Shown: piece after piece, positions 1 to 12,300 of the stretch
Layout of the letters: every line of letters begins with the position of its first letter
How positions within the stretch are numbered: the stretch's first letter is position 1
Assembly (NCBI GenBank): GCA_036172245.1
Contig: JAYWIR010000010.1
Span: forward strand, 620,001 to 684,000
DNA: 64,000 nucleotides
DNA from: Raillietiella orientalis
Lineage: Eukaryota
Direction: 5' to 3'
Translations under genes and position numbers: made by a program
Notes under the pieces: model-generated
Seen by the model: only the letters and a program-made list of their open reading frames with translations
Database searches by the model: none
What the model was told of the DNA's origin: nothing

Positions 1-2052
1 CAGCTTCCTCCCTCTGCTGTCTCCAGTGGGCGACGCGGTGCCCCCCCCCCCCCCCCCAGTGCAAACCGGGAGTGCCGCAAGCGGGGAGTTGGCGTGCACC
101 TGGCACCCCTGCGTGCAACCGCGGTGGCGTGGCGTTTCCCCCGGTGACTTGCAGTCTGTCTCCAGAGGGCGCTCGACCCCACCGCGTGGTTCTCCCAACC
201 CCCCTTCCTTCCTGCGTGCTCTCGAAGACGGCGGCTCTCGGCTTGCTGGTTTCTGCGGGCTTTCCGGAGGACCGCATCCTCCTCAGCCCAGACCGAACCT
301 TCTCCCGTCTTCCAGCGGGAAAGAATCTGGAAGGTAGCGGCGGTCCATCCAGTCACGGCTGGCCTCTCCTCCCGGCATTCGCGCTGACGCTGCAGCGCGA
401 GGTCATCCTCTACCTCTTCCTGGTCAAGAGCGAACGGGCGCGGTCCACGGAAGCACCGGATCCAGGCTTCCGGGCTCCGGGCGCGCGTGACGCCCCTTTC
501 GAGGAGCTTCGCGGCGGGCGGCTCCCTGCCCGTTAATGGGCGCATGGCCTCGGGTGTGGGCGGAGGTTTAGTTTTCGCTCAGTGTGCGCTGCGGGCCTCC
601 CGTGCGTCCGACTTGACTCTCTTCCAGGCCATTCCCGGGGCGGGGTGCGGGTCCTCGCCCCGACGAGGGGCCTCTGCTCACCCGCGACCACCCGCGTTGT
701 CCTTGCGCGACTGCCCGCGCCCCAGGGCGGATGGTGGCCACTCCAGCTCTCCGCTTGGGCGACGAACGCGAAACTCATCCGCCGCGAGTCATCATCGATT
801 GTTGCCCTCGATTGGCACTCCTCTTCGCGGGCACGCCTAGCGACCGCTCTCCTTGCTCCCTTCCGGAATCGGGGCTGCTGCTGCTTCTCCATAGCGACCT
901 GCACGCACGGGTCTCCTGCTCCCTCCTTTCTCCCAGGAGCTCTCGCGCGCCTGGGGCGGGACGCACCTCGCCGCCCCGGAGTCTTCGGGAAGGTTCCGGG
1001 AAGGGTCGATTGCTTCGGCAAGGCGTGCCCTTGAGGGAGCTTGTCGAAATCCAGCTCCCTCCCCTACCTTCCCGCGGACGCGCGCCGGCGAAGTTCTGAA
1101 CGCTCGGGAACGCACGCGTGCGCCGTCCGCGCGGCTCTTCGCCTGTCGTGCCTTCGTCGTCGCCGCTGCGCATGCGCGCGGAGATTCGGTCTGTGCCCGG
1201 GTCTCGCTCGGCACTCGAAGGCCGTGCGTTACGCGAGGAGCAGCACCTTCAGGGACTCCAGAGAGAGGGTGCGAAAGGAAACAGACACACCCACGTTCAT
1301 AAAGATATTCGACATCATTTTTATCAGGCTGCTGGCGTGTCATCAGGGCAACGTTCTCTGGCTGCGGCAGCCTTTCTGTGGACAATTTTCCCAGCCTCCC
1401 CGGGCGTCATGTGCTGTTCCTTTCACCGAGGTCACTTCTCGCTCCCCTATCCCCCCCCCCCCGTCCCTCCGGAGGGCCGTGAGCGCGCGCGTGCTGCACG
1501 GTCGGCGTGATCCGACGATGGCATTCCGCGCTGGACACGACACGCTCGGACTGCGCACCTCTGCCCACCCGCCCTCGGTGCTTGCAGACAGGGTGAGGGA
1601 GCGCTCGCCTTCGACGCGGCGCCCTAACTCTTGGGCTCCGGGGCTTCTTGTGCCTTCGCCCCTGAAATCTTCGCCGCTCCCTCGCGTCCCCGCCCGCAGG
1701 GTGAAAGCGCCCTTGGTTCCATGGCAACCCTCTCGGCGAAGGTTTCGAAGAATCCCTTCACGCAGGACCGCCGCTCGCGGACGCCAGGTGCTGGGGAATT
1801 GCAATTTCGCGGTCGTCCCCCCCCCCCTTTTCCCCCACAAGGAACCGTGTTGTTTCACCTTGCCACCAGAGTGCAGCCTCGTCTCTGACTACCCCCCCTC
1901 CTTGTTTTTTTTTTTTTTTCCAGCCAAACCTCATCGCATTTTTTCTCTCCTTTTTCGCAAACAAAGAAAAAACAATTAAAAAGGTGTGCACTGTTGTTGT
2001 TGTTGCTTTTTGCTTCTTTGTTTTCTGTGGTGCAGCCATGACTCTGTCTGGG

Positions 2053-2407
2053 ACGTCTCCTGAAGAACCGGTTCCTCTAGCCTGCTCATGAGGAGCGGCC
2101 CTTGATGCTTTTCCCTTGACCAGGCCGCCGCCTGCACACCCCGTCGGGCGCGAAACCCGCGCTCTTCCTTCGGGTGTTCCCAACGCGCAGTCTTCTTAGC
2201 GGCTCTTCTCCCTAAGAGACTCCACAGGCTCGGTGCTCGCTGCATCCGGCGGCATTGGCTTCCCGCTTAGGGTGTCGCTGCCATTCCCCCCGGAAGACGC
2301 TTCCCTCCTCCCTCTGGTGGCTCTCAGAGCCCTGGGGCTTCCTCAGGTTTCGTCTCGACGAGCGGTGCGTCCCCGCTTGTGCGCGCCCGTGTTGCTGCAC
2401 CACGGAA
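2053..2407. repeat. Direct repeat, copy A (copy B at 4909-5261); probably TE-derived
   Basis: Manual alignment: the core 2107-2351 differs from 4964-5208 at only 2 positions; the flanks are more diverged. Confidence 0.95.
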
Positions 2408-2569
2408 CCGTTCTCTGCCTCCCTTCTTCGCCGCATTTCTCTCTTCAGTGGTCTCCGATGCTCCCCGCTTCGCCGTCCACCCCGCCCCCAGTCCTCGCCT
2501 AATCGCGAATGAGGTCGTAGCAAGGGAACTGACCGTTAAGACCAGCGAAGATGCCACGATAGTGGGAAA

Positions 2570-3010
2570 AGAAAGAGAGAGAGAGATAGAGAGAGAGAGA
2601 GGGTGGGGAGGGAGGGACCGTGGAAGAATTCTCTCGTTCGGCGCTCTCGTCCAACCTGGAATTCCGCGCTTCGCCTCTGCACGTTTGGGCGGCGGTTCGT
2701 GACTCCTCTCGGCAGCTCCCCTCTAGCGCCCTGCCTCTGCCGGTTCGCGTCTTCTTCAGACCGCTCCTGCCACGTCTCGGGTTTCTTCCTGCCGTCTCGA
2801 CCCCAGCTCGCTCGATGCAGGTCAGTTTGTCCTCGACCGCCGCCCTGTGCGCGCGTGCATCCGTCCTCAACACTCGCGTGAAACCTGCGCGCACTGCTGC
2901 TTCTCTTCCTCCACTCCCCGCTTTCCTTCCGTCCGGGAACTCGGGATTTCCTCGGTGGCGCTGTTTACTCACGACCTCAGACACTCGGTGATTCCGGACG
3001 AGGACCCCAG
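2570..3010 (+). promoter_or_regulatory. Putative Cad99C core promoter and 5'UTR exon
   Basis: (GA)n tract at 2570-2600, arthropod Inr TCAGTT at 2822-2827, donor-like CAG|gtaccc at 3010/3011, and a strong poly-T acceptor (ttgcag, 3346) just before ATG 3353. Motif-based only. Confidence 0.4.
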
Positions 3011-3352
3011 GTACCCCTCTGCTCGCTGCGGCTTCGGTCGCCTGTCGCGCTTCCTTCGGCGTGAAACAGTTTGCAGGAGCATCCAGAGTTTGGTGTCTGT
3101 CGGTGGCCATCGCTGGCTCGGTCGGTTACCATCGAGCCATCCCGAACGACTTGGTCTCCACCTCTTTCTTGGTGCGCTCGCGAGTGCGGTGTCGGACAAC
3201 TCATCTTCCTCGATGCACCAACGCGTTTCCTAGGAGACGGAGGCGATCGATGCGTTTCGTCTGTCCTTTCGTGATTCCCTCGCAGGGAACGCGAACCAGG
3301 CAACCTGTGCTTAACCTTGTGTTTTTTTTTTTTTTTTTTTTTGCAGTTTTAG

Positions 3353-6300
3353 ATGCTGTCAAAGTCGCAGAAGTCCTTCGCTCCTACGATCATCCGGATG
3401 TGCATTCAGCTGGTACTGGTCGCTCCTCGCAGCCGATCCGACTGTAAGCTCTTCCGATTTCTTGCACGAGTCCGTCTCCCCGAAAACAGAGAGACCACCT
3501 CCTCTTCGGGATGAATCTTTAACGGGATGATGAGTTCCCTTGGGTTCTTGTCAACGACGAGAGGACGATGGAAATCCTTTTTGGGTTCTTTTCTGTCTTC
3601 GCTGTTGTTCCTTTCAACCTTTGTTTTTTCGTGGTTCGCCAAGTACTTCAAGAACCGTCGCTCGCCTGGCGGCCCACGCGGCCCTTTGACGCTGCTCCAC
3701 GCCACCCGAGGGTGCGTGTGATTCTTCAAGACCGCCGCGCGCTTCCTTTGCTCAGCTATTTTTAGATTTGGTATTTTCAGATTGCATTGTTGGCGGCCAT
3801 GCCGATCGCGCGCGCGCCCGTCCGCATCCGTGGCCGGGCGTGTTGGAAAGGCCCGGGGCTGGCCACCGAGAGGTCATTTCAGCGTGCGGTCTTCTAAATC
3901 CTGGACGCGGGCTGCGCCTTACGTCACAGCCCGGAGCAACGGTTTAGAATGGAACTTCCTGGCGGGCGTTTGCGTGCGTGCGCGCGCGCGCGTTTCGTGA
4001 TGCCTCCATTTCAAATATCAATAAATTCGTCTGTTTGTTTTCCCCCGACGCGCTGCGCAGTTCAGAGAGTTGGCAGCGGCGCATCCGCGCCGTGTGCTGA
4101 AAGTGGCGCGAAGCCTCCTCTCTGTCCCTGCCTGCCATCCATGAAAACGCGTCGCCATCAAAGTCAAGTGCTTCGCGTCGCTGCTCCCCGATGGAGGGTG
4201 CCCACCGAAGTGCCCGGGCTTCCCAAGGACCCTGGTATCGGCTACCTTGTGTGATCCGGTTGCCCTCGCTGGTCACCGGCGCCAAACCACCGGTGTCCTC
4301 TAGCCGGACGCGTCGGACAGAACCGGCGACCGGCACCAGCGCCTCTTCGGGGCGCCGCGGCCTTCCGAGGGCGCCGGCTGGCCGTTCGTCCAAGCGCGAC
4401 GCAGTTCGCGTCGAGGCCTCCGCAGCTTTGGAAATATCGGAATTTTTGTTTTCCCTTCGAAGCTCTTCGGAGATTTATTGCATTGCACCTGCCTCCCCCC
4501 CCACTTCCCTCCCCCCACCGCCCCCCCCCCCTCTCCCCCGAAAGCGCGCTGAAAGATTGCCGCATTGCACTACCGGAACCATCCATCCACCATCAGATTT
4601 CCTCCCGTTTTATCTCACATCTCCAGAAGCCTTCCTCACTGTCGTGTATCCTTGCCTTCCTTGTGTGTATCTGCACGTAACTTATTTACAGTAAGGTGGA
4701 AAATAATGGATATTCCAATAAAGATGCACACGCACGTGTCGTGCGCATTTTATCGCTCTTAGATATTGCAAAAAAGGGAAAGGAAAAAATGCAACCGCAT
4801 TTTTTTCAACAAAAAAGTAATCACTTTGGTGCCGGTGCCGTTGTTTGCTTCTTTCTTCATGTAGTCGTTGGGATGCTTCGTTCTTTCGCCGAGATGACCC
4901 AAGTGGTCACGTCTCCTGAAGAATCGCGTTCCTCAAGCCTGCTCATGAGGAGCGGACCTTGAGGCTTTTCCCTTGACCAGGCCGCCGCCTGCACACCCCG
5001 TCGGGCGCGAAACCCGCGCTCTTCCTTCGGGTGTTCCCAACGCGCAGTCTTCTTAGCGGCTCTTCTCCCTAAGAGACGCCACAGGCTCGGTGCTCGCTGC
5101 ATCCGGCGGCATTGGCTTCCCGCTTAGGGTGTCACTGCCATTCCCCCCGGAAGACGCTTCCCTCCTCCCTCTGGTGGCTCTCAGAGCCCTGGGGCTTCCT
5201 CAGGTTTCCTCGCCCGTATTGGTGTATCCCGCTTAGGCCCCGGTGTTCGTGCACCGTGGAAATATAGATGAAGCGGCCCTTATCCCCTTCTCCCTGCCGC
5301 ACAGCCGGACGCGAGCCGCCGCCATGCTGATCGAGCGCGCCGTGGCCGGGCGTCTCGGAAAGCGGCGGGGCTGGTCACCGAGAGGGAGCGTCCTCCTCCT
5401 CCTCGGGGAGCGAGGGAGGTCCCGGAGGCGGGAGGAGCTGCCCTGGCGACTCCCCGGGGTGCGCGACGGCGACGGAGATGCCCGCAGGCCCGAGCCTGGC
5501 TTCGCGGCGTGACGTCAGCGCGAGCGGCATGGCGGCCAACGGTGCGATCCCACCCACCCCCTTCTTCCCGAAACACCGGGAGAGCGCCGCCTGGACGCCT
5601 GGTCGCGCTCCTCCCCAGAGCCGGACGTGGGACGGGACGCTTCCAAGGTGCTTTTCCTGTATTTTTCTACTGTGAGGAATGCAGAACCCGAAGGGAAAGT
5701 CTCGCACGAGTAAAGAAACAATCAGGACGGCATTTGCGCCACCACCGATGTCCCTTTTTTAGCAGATTTGGTGACATCAAGTGGTGTGGACACGCAGGTG
5801 TTGAACGTCTTTTGCTCTCGCGTTCATTGCGTCGCGGCGGATCCACCATTCCTGCTGTATCGGCTGCTTCAGATGAGGGTCGCGGCCGAAGAGCCACACC
5901 TCGGGGAAGAAGGGCGAACCACACCGGAGACAGGCGGCATCCAACGACTGACGGGGGGACACCCTAGCAAATTCGCGGGAAGTCGGCGCTCTGCCGGTCA
6001 AGTGTGGAGGGTTTCCGGAAGGGAACCTTTTCCGACTGGAGGATGCGGCAGAGGCTGCCGATTCGGCGCACGTAGCGAATCCACGACCTCGCTGACTTCC
6101 TTCTCCGAACGAGAAGTGCACCGTTTCCCGGTGCGCGTCTCGCTCGGATGGGGGGGGAGGGGGGGGGGATATTCAGTGCAGCCAGGCCGGCCGAGCAAAC
6201 GGGTCAGGATGCGTGAGGGCAGCTCCAGGGGCAGGGAGATGCGAGTTCGGAAGTCTTCCGCGGCTTGCGATGATCGGTCGAGGAACCTTCGAAGCCTCCG

Positions 6301-9300
6301 CCGGTCCGCGGCTCGTTCGCCCGCCGCTCGCCAGCGTTTCGGTGGTCGACACCCCGTGCAAGGAGTGACGTGGGCATCGGCGACGACACTAGTACGGACG
6401 AGGCTCGCGTTTCCCGAGGGATTTCACAAGAACCGTGCTCGGCGCGTGGCCGCGAGCGCTCCGACGGCGGCCATCCCTCTACTCCAGCCCCAGACTGCCA
6501 GGGCGTTCCGTGGAGCTGCCCTTCGACCGCATCGCCTTTTTGCCGTGTGGCTGCTGCACCGGCGGGATTCTCCCGGAGCAGCCTTTCGGTGTGGGGCGGC
6601 GGGATCGCCGGCGCGCTTCTCAAGGAGCGTGGCCCACGGCGCCGTTTCGCAGCTGCCGCTACACTACGAGATCCGACGCGGGAGGCGCGCGACGTCCTCT
6701 GGAAGGAATCTGGGGCCCCAAGGCGGGCTCTCCGCTGCGGATCGGGGGAGTGCCGAGCCGGAAGTGCCGCTGGCACGCGCCCCGGAGGAACGCGGGGCCC
6801 CTGGCTCGGTGTCCTGCGCGGACGGCAGGGAAGTCCTCAGTGGAGGGTCTTTCCGAGGAACCCGGGAGCCCAGCGAACCCTCGAGGAGCCACCGGAAGCC
6901 GATCGCTTCGGATTTGGGCAGCGAGACCGCGCGTTCGGGGCGTTACCCTCGCTCCCCCCCCCCGTCCTCCCTCCGGACGCGTTCCGGAAGATTTCGCCAA
7001 CGCCTGCGGAAGTCCGAGGCGCAGAACGAGTTGCGAGAGGCGCGGAACTTCGAGGCGTGGCCGCTCGAAGTCGCCGCCGCGGCCCACGCTGCGCGACTCC
7101 GAGCCGTGCCGGGGGAGCGTTTCGCCCTGCTTCCACCACCCTTGGGAAGGAGAACGCGCACTCGATTGGATCTCCCTTGCCCGCCTCCTGGGGCGGTTCC
7201 CGGCACCCCAGAAGACCCGGGGATCCGAGCGTGGCGATCGCTCCGCTGTGCACCAAGCATCGCTCCAGAGTTCGCTCTCGGGTCGACGGAGAGGAGGGGA
7301 GCGGGAAGCGGGGGGCAAGGATGATGACGATGACGGTAACAGTAACGGTGGCGGCGACACCGACGATGATGATATGATGACGACAGTGATGGTGACAAGG
7401 ACGGCACCGATGACGGCAAGGACGATGACCGTGATGGGAGTGACGACGACAGCAATGATTCCAAGGACCGGGACGACAATGATGGCGATGATGGCAATGA
7501 CGATGACGTCGTCGGTACGATGGTGATTACGATGACAACAATGACGGCGATGATGACAAGGACAATGGCTTCATCGGCAAGATGATGATGATGTCGATAA
7601 TGGTGATGACGATGAGTGGTAGTGATGGCAGTGAAGATGACAGTGGTCACGACAGTGACAATGGCGACGAAGAGGAGGAGGAGGAGGAAGGGCGATCTCT
7701 TGTGACGTCTCCTCTCCTGCTCCCGCTCGGCGCCGCTGAACACCAGGTCCTCGTTCGCCAGGGGCCTTCGTTTTCCTCCTGCGCATCTCCGTTACCCTGG
7801 CCACAAAGGTTCTGCCGCCTGCCTGCCTGCGCAGCAACCCGGCAGTCCCGTGTGCTGGAGGTCGCAAAGGCCTCTCCTACCATACGGAACGGACTGGACC
7901 AGACTCAGGCGCACGGGGTGCGGCTGCGTCTTCGGCGAGGACACAGAGCTCGGGTGGGCAGAGGAGCGGGAGGGCAAAGGGCGGGATTGCACCCCGCCAC
8001 CCCCGTTCGGGAAGAACGGTCTTCCGGCCCTGCCGGCTCTCCTTTAGACTCTCCCTCACCCGCGCCTCTCCTCCGCTCCCTTTTCTCCCCGCGGCCGTGC
8101 CTGCAGGGAAGGAAGGAGCTTCTGGACCCAAGGGAGGCGGCAGTCCGTCATCCGCCTTGGCAGAAGAAGCTGCCTCCCTGCTTCTTCCAGCGGCAGCCAG
8201 GTGACTCCCCGGTGCGGTCAAGGTGAGGTCTCTCGAGTCCCGCGGGCAGCGGAGATCTGCTCCGCCTTCCCCTCGCAAGGAGGCTCCCTCCCCGCGGAAG
8301 CAGCCGGAGAGGCAGGGAGCCTCGAGAAGGCGCGCATTCGTCCGGGGGAGGGGTCGCCGCCTTCATGTAAAAGCTTCGGTCAGACGAAGGGAGAGAGAAG
8401 CGGTTGGGAGGCAACGGTCCCAGGCACTCCCGAACGGTAGTGATCGAACGCCCTCCTGCTATTGGTCCGTCGACCTTCCCCGCTGACCAAGGTACAGACC
8501 AGGAAGGCAGAGCAGCTCGAAGAGTCCTCAAGGTCGCGGTGTGTGCGTGAGTTTCTTTTCCTTTGGCGAAGAGGAGGATCGTTGGCACCACGAGACATCC
8601 AGAATCCGAGAGGGACATCTCCCAGGACGTCCCTTCTTTCTTCCCCTCTTCCTTCTCCCTTCTTTCTCCCTTCCTTATTACTCCTCTTCTTCCCCCTCCT
8701 CTTCCCTTCCTCCTCTCCTTTTTCTCCTTTCCTCTTTCCCCTCCCACCAGTGCCGCCCGAGAGCAACGCTTGGCTCACGGCGCAACTGTCGCCGCTTTCG
8801 GATTCTCGAGCACTGTGGGGTGCCTGGGAACGGGTCCGGGAGGTGAGGGAAGGGAATAGAACGGTGGAGTGCGCATCCTCTCCAGGGGAGGCGACGTTGC
8901 GTGCGTGCATCGTGAGGTGGGGGAAAGGCGCGAGCGATTATTCTCCGAGGGCGGAAGGAAGGAGCGATCGAACCTTAGCCGACAGGGGACGTCCAAGCGC
9001 GCTCGATCCACGCGTGACCCTCCTGCCCCGAAGGGAAGGGATCTCCAGGCAGGATGCGAGGCTGCTGGACGGTGGGGGAGATGAGGATGCCGGCCCTTCG
9101 GCAGCCCTGCAGGGAGCCTCCAGCCAGCTCGTTGGAGTTTTTCTTGGGCGCGGTTCCGGGGGTTCCTGCAGTTCCCAAGGGGTATCTTCCCGCTGTAGGG
9201 CTCCGTCGCGCCCGCGGAAGCTCGAGGGAGGGTGAGCATCCCGAGCGCTCCCTTCCTCCCTGCCCCTGGCCACGCAGAGTCCCCCTCCTCAGCTCCATTT

Positions 9301-12300
9301 CTGGTGCTTTCAGTGTGCGACGTGGAGACGAGACAAACCGTGGTCATCCTGGACGTAAAGGAGAGCATAGGAAATGGTGAGCGCTCTTCTCCCTTCCTCC
9401 TCCTCCTCTTTTTCCCTCCCCTCCTCCTTTCCTCATGCTGCTCTTTTTTCCTCTTCCGTCTTCCCCCTCCTTCCTTTTTCCTTTTTTTCTGCTTCTCCTC
9501 CCTCTTCCTCTTTCCCCTCGCACTTCTCCCCCCCCCTCACCTTCCTCTCTTCCGCCCCGTTGCTGCTCCTCCCCCCATCCTCTTTCGGCTGTCTCACGTG
9601 CATCCTTGTCTCCCGAAGAGACCGGGCAGGGCACTTCTCCCGCCGAGCTCCCCATTGAGGGAACGACCGAGGAGATCCTGCTGAAGCTGCGCCCAGTCCC
9701 CGGCGGGCACGGGAACTACTTCTCCCTCAACGAAAAGAAGCTGGAGGTGACCTCTCCTCTGGACAGGGATCAGCATGACCTGACCTCCTTTACCCTGCAG
9801 GTAGGCAGCCTGGAGGTCATGGGACTTCGAAGGGGCTCCGTCGCGACGTGGGAAAGGCGGACGCGACCGGGAGGGAAAACCCGTGGGTTCCAAGCATCCG
9901 CGGAGCCTGGGGTTATCGCGTGGATCGCTCCGTGTAGAGTCGGGTTGGGCAGGCCCTTCGGGGCGTGCCGAAGGCAGCGACCTCGCAGGCACCACCCGCC
10001 GCTTCCAACCGGAGGGGCGACCAGGGGCAGACTGGGCTCAGGGGTGGAGGGCACGGGATCAGCTTTCCCAGAGGGACCTTCCTTGCTCTCTCTGGGACCT
10101 CCCGCAGCTCCCGAGACACCTCGCGCTCTTTAGCATTCCCTCTAGGGGATCCTCCGCCTCTCCGGCAGGCGGGGGCGAATGCCACTTCCCACTCCCTCCC
10201 CCTCCTTCCTATCCGGAGAGGGCGAGCGGACGTCCTGTGGCAGGGTCAGCGAGACGGAAGGTCAGAGGGCGACAGCGGCCCCTCCCCCGTGGCAGTGCTC
10301 CCGGCACCGGCAGGCGCGCCCACCGACCGAGGTCGAAGGGCTCTCCGAGCTCTCAGGGGTCCTCCTTCCCAGCCCGAGTCGCCCTTCTTCCCCTCTCGCT
10401 TCCTCCTCCCTTCCTCCTCTTTCCCTCCTCCCTTCCTTCTTTCCTCATCCTGCTCTTCTTCCCTCGATTTTACCCCTCCTCTCTCTCTCCTCCTGCTCCC
10501 TGCTCCTCTTCCCTTCGTCTTCCTCCTCCTCCCTTGTAGACACCCCCATCATCACTATCAGCAGCAGCAGCAGCAGCGTCCGCGTGCACCGCCATCACTC
10601 CAACTGCCACCCTCGTCTCCCGGAGGTATTCCCGACGCACCGTCGAGGACAACGCGCGCTCGGCGCGGCAAGAGGCGATCGAAGCCCGCGAAGAGGGAAA
10701 GGGAAGGGGGTGCGGGGGGTCGACCGGTCTCTCCTCTCTTTCGCGTTTCGAGGGCGCGCGAGCGTGGCGCGAGCCGCGGGGAAGAGGGCGCTCCTCTTCG
10801 TCTGCCCCATCTCCCCTCCCTTCGAGGGGCCGCGGGGTCGAAGGTGGTGAGAGGGACGATCTCCTCACACTCACCCCCTGCCACCTTCATCATCATCATC
10901 ATCATCATCCTACAGGTCGAGTGTGCCGTCCGCGCCGAGCCCAGCCGCCGCCGCAACATCCCGGCCATCGTCAGGATCTCCGACGAGAACGACAACGCGC
11001 CCCAGTTCGTGGGGACGCCCTACTCGGTCTCCGTCAACGAGGTTCCTCTCCCCTCCTATCGCTTTCTCCTTCACTGGGGCCCCTCCTCTTCCAGCTGACC
11101 CTGGTGGGCGCGGCGGTATTCCGCGGCCTGCGGGCGGTGGACGCGGACGCGGGCGTCAACGGCCTCGTGGAGTACTCCGTGGTCTCGGAGGACGATCCTT
11201 TCCTCGTACCCCTCCCGCATCAGGGGCTGGTGACTCTGGCGCGGCCCTTGGACTACGAGGAGCGGCGGCTGTACCACGTCGCCGTCCGGGCAACCGTGAG
11301 CTCCCCTCCCCCCCCCAGGGAGGTGGTTGATGGACGGAGGCTTCCGTAGGACAAGGCGGCGCGCCCCGAGGAGCGGCGCTCGGCCACTGTCACGCTGACC
11401 GTCCACGTGGAGGACGGCGACGACCTCGACCCGGCGTTCGTGTACCCAGGCTGCAGCCTGGAGGAGGACACCTGCGTCGCGCCGGAATACTCGGCGGAGG
11501 TAGGGGCCGGGGAAGGAGGAGGGGCCGCAGTCAGACAGGGTCGAACTCCCCCTTCCTCTGCGCGCCTCAGGTCCCCAGCGGGGTCGTCGCCGGGGTGCTG
11601 GACGTGCGGCCGGGCCCCATCCACGCCCAGGACCGCGACTCCCTGAACGCGTCCATCGCCTATGCCCTCGTGGGCGGTTCCCCCAGCGACTTCCGCAGGT
11701 ACTTCGAGGTCGACCCCGCCAGCGGGAGGGTGAGGCAGGTGCTGGCGGCCGACCGGGCGCGGGTCGCGCGGTTCGACCTGTTGGTGCGGGCCACGGAGCT
11801 GACGGACTCCCGCAGGCACGCGACCGCGCGGCTGCGGGTTCGCGTGAGTGCGCCCGACCTCCACGCTCCCGTCCTGAGCGCGTCCTCGCCCGTGGGCTTC
11901 GTCGAGGAGGCGTCTCCCGCCGGCAGTCCCGTCCGGGCGACCCCGAACCCTTCGGCGGCCCACCTGCGGCTTGCCGTCTCCGACCCCGACCTGGTACGTC
12001 CGATCCCCTTCCTCTCCGCCCTCGTCATTCCTTCCAGTTTCCCGATGACCCTGTGCCCCGGTACGCCTTCGAGGTCTCCAACGACCTCTTCGCAGTCGAC
12101 CGGGATCTTCGGCTGGTGACCAGCACCGCTTCACTGGACAGGGACCCCCCCAATCCTCCGACGCTACAGCTACAGGTGGGCTGGGAGGTGGTGGCCGTGG
12201 GAGGCGAGTCTCTCCTCGTCTCCCTTGCAGATTATCGCCAGGGAGATCAACGGGTCGGGCGCCAGCGAGCCCGTGCGTCTGACCGTCCACTTGATCGACG

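Noticed and set aside
5768..7526. Long overlapping ORFs (518, 335 and 363 aa) in Cad99C intron 1
   Set aside because: Arg/Gly/Pro/Ala-rich, open in several frames because of very high GC, and without a coherent domain. Only faint LINE RT-like scraps are visible.
7320..7690. Asp-rich biomineralisation-type protein
   Set aside because: The poly-Asp register shifts frame repeatedly and has no splice or start context; it is better explained as a degenerate microsatellite.
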